The notes below the pieces were generated by a model. It saw nothing but the letters and a program-made list of their open reading frames with translations, was not told the origin of the DNA and searched no databases. Shown in pieces: positions 1 through 8,232 of a stretch of 36,057 bases of DNA. The DNA lies in the IMG/VR virus record IMGVR_UViG_3300032212_000687, positions 1 through 36,057 of that record. One strand, written 5' to 3'. The first letter of the stretch is position 1. Each line of letters begins with the position of its first letter. A program made the position numbers and the translations under genes. The DNA comes from a virus (Duplodnaviria; Caudoviricetes).

Positions 1-450
1 TTATACCTTCACGAGCTCAAAGTGTGGCAGATCATCAAAACTTTGATCTTCAAACTCTTTATCCGCATCCCAATCGCCGCCCCATCTTATCTTATGTGTG
101 ATTTTTCCTTCTTCGTATAAGTCCTCTACAGCTTGAAAAAAATACCCTGCCATCAGGTAGAATCTTGCCTTTGCTTTATGGGTGTCCTTGAAATCTATGG
201 GATACGGGGCCGCGTCAACCGCTTTTGACTTTGGATCATCTTCTGTTACTTGGTGTTTTGATCTTTCTTTGATTCCATCGAGTGTTGTCTTTGGCGGCAC
301 TGCATTAAAATATTCTTGTTGCTTTGCAAGTGTTCTTGCCCCTTCCAGTATTGAGATATCAAAACTCTCAACCACCCGGTTACAAATAGCAATGATGTCA
401 TCATGGCAAGTATCAAGTTTGCTCTGTGACTTTGTTCCGAAACTAGGCAT
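1..450 (-). CDS. Endolysin, peptidase M15 (L-Ala-D-Glu peptidase-like)
   Basis: EGART..KQ, SKH, AVDAAPYP, IRWGGDW and DLPHFEL motifs; likely start at MPSFG (450) rather than 459. Confidence 0.9.
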   Translation of the reverse strand: MPSFGTKSQSKLDTCHDDIIAICNRVVESFDISILEGARTLAKQQEYFNAVPPKTTLDGIKERSKHQVTEDDPKSKAVDAAPYPIDFKDTHKAKARFYLMAGYFFQAVEDLYEEGKITHKIRWGGDWDADKEFEDQSFDDLPHFELVKV

Positions 451-991
451 GACCAACACCTTTTTTATCTTTTATCTTAGATCCGATACTTGAACCAAAG
501 AAGAAGTTAACGATTGCTTGACGTTCATTAAACAAGTTTGCTATCGCTACACCTATAATATTGCTCGCAATTGCAATCAAAGAAGGCTTATCGCTCATAA
601 AATAAACCAAGGAAACATTGACGATTACCAGCAACCCGATAATAGGCAGGTTCCTATCTATTATCTGTTTTGCTACACTGTCAGCCATTCCATGATTTAC
701 CTGATATGTTTCATGAGCCTTGCTTCTGTTTGCCTCATCATGACGATTCTCTTCTTTTACAGATTCAAATTCCAACTGAAGCTTTTTGAAGTCCAAGTTC
801 TGAATTTCCAACTTATACGTATTGATTTTATTGACTTCTTCTGGCGTTAGGTCCTTGGGTTTTTTCTTTGATAGATCGATGCCCGTAACTTTTTTAATGC
901 CTTCTTTTACTAAGTCTTCGCCATTGTCCATGATTAAGTCTTTTACAAAACCCAATCCCATACTGACAAGTGCTGCTCCTATTCCTATCAT
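443..991 (-). CDS. Holin-like membrane protein (3TM-type)
   Basis: Hydrophobic N-terminus, two C-terminal TM segments, NFFFGSS motif, next to endolysin. Confidence 0.65.
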   Translation of the reverse strand: MIGIGAALVSMGLGFVKDLIMDNGEDLVKEGIKKVTGIDLSKKKPKDLTPEEVNKINTYKLEIQNLDFKKLQLEFESVKEENRHDEANRSKAHETYQVNHGMADSVAKQIIDRNLPIIGLLVIVNVSLVYFMSDKPSLIAIASNIIGVAIANLFNERQAIVNFFFGSSIGSKIKDKKGVGHA

Positions 992-1335
992 TTAATCTCC
1001 TTTTCTTTAATATTAATCTCTACGATACTTTTGCCTGAGACAAAGGTACGTGCCAGATTTAGTCCATACCCTCCTGCCATGCCAGCTGATCCGCAAGTGA
1101 AACCGATAAGAGGATCAGGAAGAGCGTAATAAATACATAGATAGTAAGTCATCATCCCTACGAAACCTGATGTACTTGTGTCATAGGCTAGTTCTACCCA
1201 TCTGAATCTTTTCAACTCCCCTTTTTTAATGCGGCGAAAGTTATGAATTATCCCGCCTGCAACAGATATAATAAGTACCCAAAGGTTCTTGAAGATATCA
1301 AACAGTCCTGTGTATGTGTTAGGGTCTTTTTCCAC
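988..1335 (-). CDS. Phage holin (LydA-like)
   Basis: MEKDP start, about three hydrophobic segments, first gene of lysis cassette, GTG start after AAGGA. Confidence 0.7.
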   Translation of the reverse strand: MEKDPNTYTGLFDIFKNLWVLIISVAGGIIHNFRRIKKGELKRFRWVELAYDTSTSGFVGMMTYYLCIYYALPDPLIGFTCGSAGMAGGYGLNLARTFVSGKSIVEINIKEKEIK

Positions 1336-1412
1336 GTTAATCCTTAATTTGCTTCATTATTATTCCTAATCTCAACTATTTTTTATTTAGTTTATAAGAT
1401 ATTGTTTTTTTC

Positions 1413-1430
1413 AAAAAGGGATTCATCCCT
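1413..1430 (-). terminator. Possible weak intrinsic terminator after the tail operon
   Basis: Minus strand AGGGA-TGAA-TCCCT followed by TTTT, at the stop of the 1040-aa gene. Confidence 0.4.
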
Positions 1431-4400
1431 AACCTACCTTGCTAACTATTCCAGATCCATTAGCTGTGAACCCTTTGACATTGCTTGCCATAGTTCCTAA
1501 TGATGCAGTAAATATCTTGTTATAAAACCATAAATCAAAATGCCAGGCATTATTTTCTGATCTTAATCTCCAATGCACTACATCTTTTCTCCATGCAGGA
1601 GCAAACCTGTCATGGTTTAACTCTATAGTTGGGAATACATAACTATAATCTACCCCGTCAATATTCCACCTAAGCCTAAAATTACCATTTGCGGAAAAGT
1701 CAGAGTATGTAGTAAGATCCAAATAATTTCCATCAGCTGTAGCTTCAAACGTTAATGACATAGAATTTAATTGAGACATAACATCTACATTAAAAGATAA
1801 AACTGTAATCTCTCCATTGGTTGCTTGTTGACTCCCCCACATCGGAGAGAACACACCATCAATCGAGTTATTTCCAGAGATAGGCTCATTAAATATTGCT
1901 GTTAAAATATCTGAAGATTTACCACCTTCCGGCACAATAACTCCATGTAAGTGGTTTTTAGTAATTTGCATAGCTCCGACAAGAAGTCTTGTACCACTTC
2001 CGTAGTGTCTAATGTATGATCTTACTTTTCCAGTAAACCCTGTATGCACTTGCACCGGAACCGAATACACATGCCATCCATTATCTGGAGGCACAGAATA
2101 TCCAAGCCTAACCTTTCGCATTGGCTCTCCCCAATCCCCAACATAGATCGATGGCCTAATGTATGCGTTTATACCGCTTGTAGGGTCAAGTCTTCTTACT
2201 GCCATAGTTGCAACATATACTTCTCCTGATATTGCAGAAAATACAGAATTTGGCCTAATGTAACCCCATCTTACATCATTTGTTTTTCTTCTTGACACAT
2301 AATCGGAGCTTGTGTCAATAACATATACATCACTATTAAAATCTGATGTTGTATTCCCTCCCCCGATTAGCAGAAGTTCTTCTGATACGGGGTTTAATGC
2401 TAACAGTGGCAATTTCTTATCAGGTGGGGGTATTGTCACAGTGTTCCCGTCTTCATCTACAAAACTGTCCAGTTCATATGTAACATTTTCCCATTGTGAT
2501 AATGTTAAATCGTATGCATAAGGTGCTAAATAATCAGGAGTAGTAGTTGACCCTGCGCACCCTCCAAAAATATAAATTTTATTGTCTGTTGCGCTATATA
2601 CAGCTGAAGCTTGCCGTCTTGAAAACTGCATAGGTATATATGATGATACTGAGCTTATTAAGTTGTATTTATACACACTTAATAGTGTTGTTGACCCGGT
2701 CCATCCCCCTATCACCCATATATCGTCTCCAACAATTACCGTCGAGTGCCATCCTCTAGCCGAAAAAAAATCGTCTATCCCATTTGTTTTCTTTAGTACG
2801 GTCTCCGACCATGTAGCGATATCTATAATTAGTGTTTCTGAACGATACCCTACGCTAGTTCTTCCTCCGGTTATTACCAGTTTTCCATTCCAGTAATTCA
2901 TCCTATGACGGTTTAACCCTTCTCCATAGAATGCAACCGTATGAGCTAGTTCCCAGGAATTTGTTTCGATTCCACTAATCAGTATTTTGTATATCTTATC
3001 TTGGTAAACGCCGTTATATCCACCAAATGCATATATGTATGTACCATCATTTACTATTTGAATACCTTTTGCCGCATAGGGAAGACTTGGTAAACTGATC
3101 TGTACTAATGAAGGCTTGTAAATACCAAACATATTGTCTCCAATGGCTGGAGGTGGCGGTGGCTGAAGTTCTTCTGCATAAAATTTTGAACTATATCCTA
3201 GCTGTGTTTCTCCCCCTGCTGTAAAAATATATCCCTTGCTATCTAGCAAAGGATCATAATGAACAGTTACCCCACCATTGTTAAATGCATAAGGCCAACT
3301 AGACGAATCAGGTCTGTTTATTACTATTGATGTTTCTGTATAGTGTGGATTTGGAAGTACATTGTTTTGCACAGCTAAATTATTATAATTAAACCAAGGA
3401 GGTCTGTTATCAGTAAAATTCCATGCTTGTGTAAAGTGAGAATTATTATTAACTACTTCCGCACTTAGTATTTCAGGAGCACAAACAATACCTACTCGTT
3501 CCGCTGCTAAAGTATCTCTGGCGGACATAACTACTCCGGTTATTGCATCTAAAACGGATGTTCCGCCAACACCCACGTTTTCGTTATGAGTGTACTCAAA
3601 CTGTCCTGACCACGCATCAGGTCGAAACTCTCTTCTTAATGCATAGCTAATGTATGGCTTTCTGCTTGATCTCCGCTCTACTGGAGTAGGCTGTGCATTT
3701 GCTATTGTAAACTGTGTATTCCAATCTCGTTTTTCCATTATTGATTTCATATAAAGATAAGATGCTCTCTGCTGCTTATAGGCTCTTATATCTCCATCCC
3801 ATATCTGATCGGTTAAGAACCCATATGTAGTCCTAGAAAACCATCCATGAATATCCAAAAAAGATATTATTCTTGATTTTCTATCAATAGTTAAAAAATT
3901 ATCTGTGTTCTTATTTTCAATTTCTGAAAGTGCTGATACTCCTTTATCGGGGTCAGCTGAATAATCCCAAAAATACCCCCAATTTCTATTTAAATTTATA
4001 TTGTTTGCATTGCGTCTTTCATTTATCATAAATCCATCTGGGTTAGGTATCGCTATCCAAAATAGCGATATATTATTACGCATCCATACGGATAGTTCAT
4101 CTGTGCTTGACAAGTAGTGATTAATGAATTCTATAACCCCATGATAAGAATGATTTTCCCCGCCATGCGTAGCGGTATGCAAGCAAACTATAGGTTTATT
4201 ACCATCATCGTTTATTCTTAGTGTTCCCATCTCAAGAGCACTTGGCAGTACCGTACCTCCAGCAATACGAGAAGCATCCTCATAAATAACATTTGTATTT
4301 GCCGTGTCTAAGGCTTTAAGGCTTGCTACTACATCCGCATATGTTGGCCTGATTGTTGTGTCATTAAGTGTTGATACATAGGGCAATACGTCTTGAAAAG

Positions 4401-4551
4401 CCATTGGCGATTCTTGAACTCGTTCATAGCATGGCTCATTTACTTGAACTTCTTTGTACTGCATAGTAAGAGCTGTTGAGCTTCTGCTTAATGACCAAGA
4501 TACAGGGTAGTCTTTCAACTTGTCAGACTTTGAAACATCCTTTAGTGTCAT
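1429..4551 (-). CDS. Tail-tip/receptor-binding protein with M14 zinc-carboxypeptidase domain and Kelch beta-propeller
   Basis: HGGE, NPDG, RRNANNINLNRNW and DIHG M14 motifs; six hydrophobic-GG Kelch motifs; last gene of tail operon. Confidence 0.8.
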   Translation of the reverse strand: MTLKDVSKSDKLKDYPVSWSLSRSSTALTMQYKEVQVNEPCYERVQESPMAFQDVLPYVSTLNDTTIRPTYADVVASLKALDTANTNVIYEDASRIAGGTVLPSALEMGTLRINDDGNKPIVCLHTATHGGENHSYHGVIEFINHYLSSTDELSVWMRNNISLFWIAIPNPDGFMINERRNANNINLNRNWGYFWDYSADPDKGVSALSEIENKNTDNFLTIDRKSRIISFLDIHGWFSRTTYGFLTDQIWDGDIRAYKQQRASYLYMKSIMEKRDWNTQFTIANAQPTPVERRSSRKPYISYALRREFRPDAWSGQFEYTHNENVGVGGTSVLDAITGVVMSARDTLAAERVGIVCAPEILSAEVVNNNSHFTQAWNFTDNRPPWFNYNNLAVQNNVLPNPHYTETSIVINRPDSSSWPYAFNNGGVTVHYDPLLDSKGYIFTAGGETQLGYSSKFYAEELQPPPPPAIGDNMFGIYKPSLVQISLPSLPYAAKGIQIVNDGTYIYAFGGYNGVYQDKIYKILISGIETNSWELAHTVAFYGEGLNRHRMNYWNGKLVITGGRTSVGYRSETLIIDIATWSETVLKKTNGIDDFFSARGWHSTVIVGDDIWVIGGWTGSTTLLSVYKYNLISSVSSYIPMQFSRRQASAVYSATDNKIYIFGGCAGSTTTPDYLAPYAYDLTLSQWENVTYELDSFVDEDGNTVTIPPPDKKLPLLALNPVSEELLLIGGGNTTSDFNSDVYVIDTSSDYVSRRKTNDVRWGYIRPNSVFSAISGEVYVATMAVRRLDPTSGINAYIRPSIYVGDWGEPMRKVRLGYSVPPDNGWHVYSVPVQVHTGFTGKVRSYIRHYGSGTRLLVGAMQITKNHLHGVIVPEGGKSSDILTAIFNEPISGNNSIDGVFSPMWGSQQATNGEITVLSFNVDVMSQLNSMSLTFEATADGNYLDLTTYSDFSANGNFRLRWNIDGVDYSYVFPTIELNHDRFAPAWRKDVVHWRLRSENNAWHFDLWFYNKIFTASLGTMASNVKGFTANGSGIVSKVG

Positions 4552-4949
4552 ACAGCAAACCCACCGTTACCTTTTACGCCATACCATTTAGTATGACCGC
4601 CAAAGGACATTAAAGTGAATGTAGATACGGTATTGGCTCTCAGGTCTGGGATGCCGGCATCTCCCCAATCTATATTTGTACTGAACCCAACTGCATGAGC
4701 ACCCGGGGATACAAAAAAAACTGCCTTGATAGTAGTAGTTTGGAGTGTTGCCGGTGGGGCCGATACATCAAGCGTAGCATCTCCTGATACTGTGATATTC
4801 CACAATCCTGTTTTATCTACGGCTACAGGCGTATTGCCTATAATACCTGTAAGGCTTGTTACAAACAAAAATAACTCTTTGAACTGATCATTAATTTTGG
4901 TTCGGATAGAACCGAGTGATTCTTTGTCCGCATAAGGGGTATATGGCAT
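4548..4949 (-). CDS. Tail fibre/tip-associated protein
   Basis: SLGSIRTKINDQFKEL motif typical of tail appendage proteins; beta-rich C-terminus; position. Confidence 0.55.
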   Translation of the reverse strand: MPYTPYADKESLGSIRTKINDQFKELFLFVTSLTGIIGNTPVAVDKTGLWNITVSGDATLDVSAPPATLQTTTIKAVFFVSPGAHAVGFSTNIDWGDAGIPDLRANTVSTFTLMSFGGHTKWYGVKGNGGFAV

Positions 4950-4958
4950 GTTTTATCC

Positions 4959-5429
4959 TTATATTATTTGCGTGTAATTTAAAATGACTGTTACTGGGTC
5001 ATTCAGAGTATATGCTTTAATCCTGATGTTAGTACCTGTAGATAATATCATTCCTGAAGCTGCCACAGTCTTCCAAACACCATCTGAATATAATTCTACT
5101 TCATTAAAACCACCTCCGTTTCCGTCATGTCTGTAAAATATAAGTCCGGTTACAGCAACAGTTTTATAAGCAATACCAGATGTTGATGTTACTGATTCAG
5201 ATCCGCTTGATCCAAGTATATAATTCATTTTAGATTGTGAGATTGAAGCATTAGCCAATTTTGCATTAGTTACGTTAAAATCTGCAATTGCTGCAGTTTT
5301 TATTTTTGGTGCGCCTAGGGCACCTTCACTTATTGCAATAGGGTTTGACGCAAGGGATTCCATTAAAGCTTGTGTAATCGGAGACTCAGCATCTAAATCA
5401 CTATTTGGAATATTTGTATAGGTTGCCAT
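4959..5429 (-). CDS. Short tail fibre-like protein
   Basis: IADFNVTNAKLANASIS fibre-type repeats; position. Confidence 0.55.
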   Translation of the reverse strand: MATYTNIPNSDLDAESPITQALMESLASNPIAISEGALGAPKIKTAAIADFNVTNAKLANASISQSKMNYILGSSGSESVTSTSGIAYKTVAVTGLIFYRHDGNGGGFNEVELYSDGVWKTVAASGMILSTGTNIRIKAYTLNDPVTVILNYTQII

Positions 5430-5656
5430 TACTCAAATACCTCAAAAATCATAGTCCTTCTCTCTATAACATGAGAACATCTGACCGCATATCTCTTATC
5501 AAAGGGCAGGCTTTCATCTTTTGACATAATCCCAAATCCGTTAAAAAATTTACACGTTAAACATGCTGTGACTCTCCTTTGTTTAAATCCAATATCAGGA
5601 CACGGTATTATCGTTCCATCTGGTATCTTTGGTTGTTCTTCTAATACTTCTAACAT
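5429..5656 (-). CDS. Small Cys-rich tail-region protein
   Basis: CP, CxxC and C residues; AAGGA RBS; translationally coupled. Confidence 0.55.
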   Translation of the reverse strand: MLEVLEEQPKIPDGTIIPCPDIGFKQRRVTACLTCKFFNGFGIMSKDESLPFDKRYAVRCSHVIERRTMIFEVFE

Positions 5657-5665
5657 CTTGTTTCC

Positions 5666-7471
5666 TTATATGATTTTATAGGATTCGCTGCCATCTGAAA
5701 ATATCCCGCTGTTCGGCGATATAAAAGCCATAACCCTCTTTTGTTCGTCCGTTGCTGCTGAATAATCAGGTGTGACATTTGGTGCGATATACCCATACCT
5801 AACATCCAGGGCAAACCCCGAAGTCATAGCGGTAATCTGGTGCTCTTGCCCAATTTTGTTCTCTTTAACTTCTGTTACGTGATATCGACTTGCTAGGCTG
5901 GCCCCCGTCTTATCTAACACTAGACGCGTGGATATATCCAAGAAATTTCCCGTATTAATATCACTGTCTTTCGCATCTACCTTCAAAGTTATGATTCTGG
6001 GCGTATCTTTACTCATAAGCATGTATCTGTCAGCCGTTACCGATGCGTGTGAATCAGATGTGTACCATCGAGATTTGATTTTCTTAATGCGCTTGTCGCC
6101 GTATTGGTCCGCACCCTCTTTATCGAGTTCGGCTTTTATGTATAGGGTGCTGTAATCGTCTTCGTCTTTAACTTCGGCCCAGTTTTTAACCCCGTAATAA
6201 ACCCACAATTCGCTGTATCTTTTTGAGTTGTCGTTTTTAATCCTCACAGAGTTTTCAAGGATGTGTGAATCTTCATTTATAGACTTAACCAGCTCCCCCT
6301 GCTGAGGCGGTGCAATTACTCTAAGCTTAATCTTTTGTGCGAGTTCATCCCACCAAAATAGGATAAGCGATTGCTCGGTCAATTCTTCTATTAAATCCTG
6401 AACGCCTGTAGGCTTGGAAAGGACCGTGTAGTAAGTCTTTAGTGACAACCAGTTCTCTTTTTCTGTATCCCACTCGTCTTTGTTTAACGGGTCATTGTTA
6501 TAAGGTATATATTTGGGATCAATATTGGCATAGTTAACAAGCAGATCATAGATAATATCTACTACGTTTACATTATAAACCTTGCAGAGTTGAACGCTAT
6601 CATCTGCAGTATGGGATTCGGCCGTCGTGCCGTAACCGTTTCTAGTGATTCCCGATATCACATCACCTGTGAGGGTTGTGTAGTCCATAATCTCTTTACC
6701 TATTCTTATCGTTCCGCTTGTTGTGTATTCAGAACCTATACCGGCAGGTAGAAGAGTTAATGATGTTGCAATATCGGTCAAGTCTGCAGAAAGAACACCG
6801 CTGCTTGGGCTCGGGCATTGTGAGCGCTTATTGTCTATCTTTTTAAGTATATCAAGCGCGGTTATCTTTACAATCCCGTTTGCGTCTATGTCAATACTAC
6901 TAATGATGTATTCTCTTGTGTTCAAGTTTGATAAGAAGTCTGTAGTATCGTTCCATATTGCAGCATCGTCCCATAAAGTAGCATCATTCCACAAGCTTTC
7001 CACTCCTGTGTAGCCTGTTCTAACTCTTATAGTACGCCCGTTGTAATATGAGTTTCTAGCTATAAGTTTCCCGAAGAAAGTACCCTGTGTTGTGTCGTAT
7101 GCTCTTTGTGACTGATAAGGGTCTATGCCTCTATCGTGATGGTTGAAATCTTGTAGCGTGATAGACACTTTACTTCGGTATGCCAGACCCTCACCGAAAG
7201 TTAGTTTAGTAGGGGAATAGCTCACAGATTTAACACATGGGTACATGATCTCGCCGATGGGTATGTTTGCTTCCTGATCTATCATTCTGTATGTTTTAGT
7301 TGTCTTAGTATAATTTACGGAATCTTTACAGGTAGTAAGCGTGTTGTAACACGGTTCACCTGTTGCACTACAGGGCGAAGCTCCAAATCCCAAAGAACAG
7401 TAATCAAGATCTAGTTCGACTACTACAGTAGGTTCTCGGCCTAGCATCTTTTTCTCAGTATCGTAACTCAT
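5666..7471 (-). CDS. Tail tip/baseplate hub protein
   Basis: About 600 aa, after distal tail gene; N-terminal 4-Cys cluster; likely start MSYDTEKK overlapping the upstream stop. Confidence 0.65.
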   Translation of the reverse strand: MSYDTEKKMLGREPTVVVELDLDYCSLGFGASPCSATGEPCYNTLTTCKDSVNYTKTTKTYRMIDQEANIPIGEIMYPCVKSVSYSPTKLTFGEGLAYRSKVSITLQDFNHHDRGIDPYQSQRAYDTTQGTFFGKLIARNSYYNGRTIRVRTGYTGVESLWNDATLWDDAAIWNDTTDFLSNLNTREYIISSIDIDANGIVKITALDILKKIDNKRSQCPSPSSGVLSADLTDIATSLTLLPAGIGSEYTTSGTIRIGKEIMDYTTLTGDVISGITRNGYGTTAESHTADDSVQLCKVYNVNVVDIIYDLLVNYANIDPKYIPYNNDPLNKDEWDTEKENWLSLKTYYTVLSKPTGVQDLIEELTEQSLILFWWDELAQKIKLRVIAPPQQGELVKSINEDSHILENSVRIKNDNSKRYSELWVYYGVKNWAEVKDEDDYSTLYIKAELDKEGADQYGDKRIKKIKSRWYTSDSHASVTADRYMLMSKDTPRIITLKVDAKDSDINTGNFLDISTRLVLDKTGASLASRYHVTEVKENKIGQEHQITAMTSGFALDVRYGYIAPNVTPDYSAATDEQKRVMAFISPNSGIFSDGSESYKII

Positions 7472-8232
7472 AGCTCGTGCCATGCCTCGACTGACAGGCT
7501 TATGCTCATATACATAGAATCTGAGTAAACGGGAGGAGATATCTTTTTACTAGTTGTACAAAATACGGCCTCATCTGGATAATCAACATGGTTCCAAGAG
7601 AAAAAGAATGGTTTAGCCTCTGCATGTTTTAGGAACGGCATCCAAGATGACCTGACCCATGCAGGAGTCACATACTTAGCCTTAATAGTGCTACCGTTTG
7701 ATTTTCTTATTAGGGATCGTCCTAGAAGTAATCCTGAATCGCTTTTATTGTTAACGTAGTCGCTTTGCGTTCCCATGTGTGGAGGAATAAACCCTGACGG
7801 CAATCCATTTTCCATCTGCATAGATTTACCTATTGATACTATACCGATCATAGGCAAAGCAGAAGGTGCAACTATCTCTATTCTAAAAATCTGTTTTGTT
7901 ACCTCCGAAAACTTCTCAAATATAACCCGTCCATTGTCAGAAGTTAAAGCCGTAGTAGCATCAATCCAATTCCCTAACCCTGTATTATCATATTGAAGTT
8001 TTACAGTTGCCCCGGACTTGCCTAAATCATGTGAGAATATTGCAAAATAATCTACTTCTTTAGCTACACCTATATCAATGTTTATATAGTTAGTGCCTAA
8101 TGTTGAAGGCGAATACCAATCGTACGGAAGCCAATCAGCAATATTAGCCGCTTCAAAGCCTATTGATTCACTTGTAGCAGTGATAGATGCATTTTCTAAT
8201 ATATTGTCGTACCCGAACAGCGATAAACTCAT
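7468..8232 (-). CDS. Distal tail protein-like
   Basis: Directly after tape measure; discoidin-like N-half; PFFFSW C-terminal motif. Confidence 0.6.
   Translation of the reverse strand: MSLSLFGYDNILENASITATSESIGFEAANIADWLPYDWYSPSTLGTNYINIDIGVAKEVDYFAIFSHDLGKSGATVKLQYDNTGLGNWIDATTALTSDNGRVIFEKFSEVTKQIFRIEIVAPSALPMIGIVSIGKSMQMENGLPSGFIPPHMGTQSDYVNNKSDSGLLLGRSLIRKSNGSTIKAKYVTPAWVRSSWMPFLKHAEAKPFFFSWNHVDYPDEAVFCTTSKKISPPVYSDSMYMSISLSVEAWHEL

Noticed and set aside
1429-4551. Diversity-generating retroelement or invertible tail-fibre cassette
   Set aside because: No reverse transcriptase, invertase or template/variable repeat pair seen
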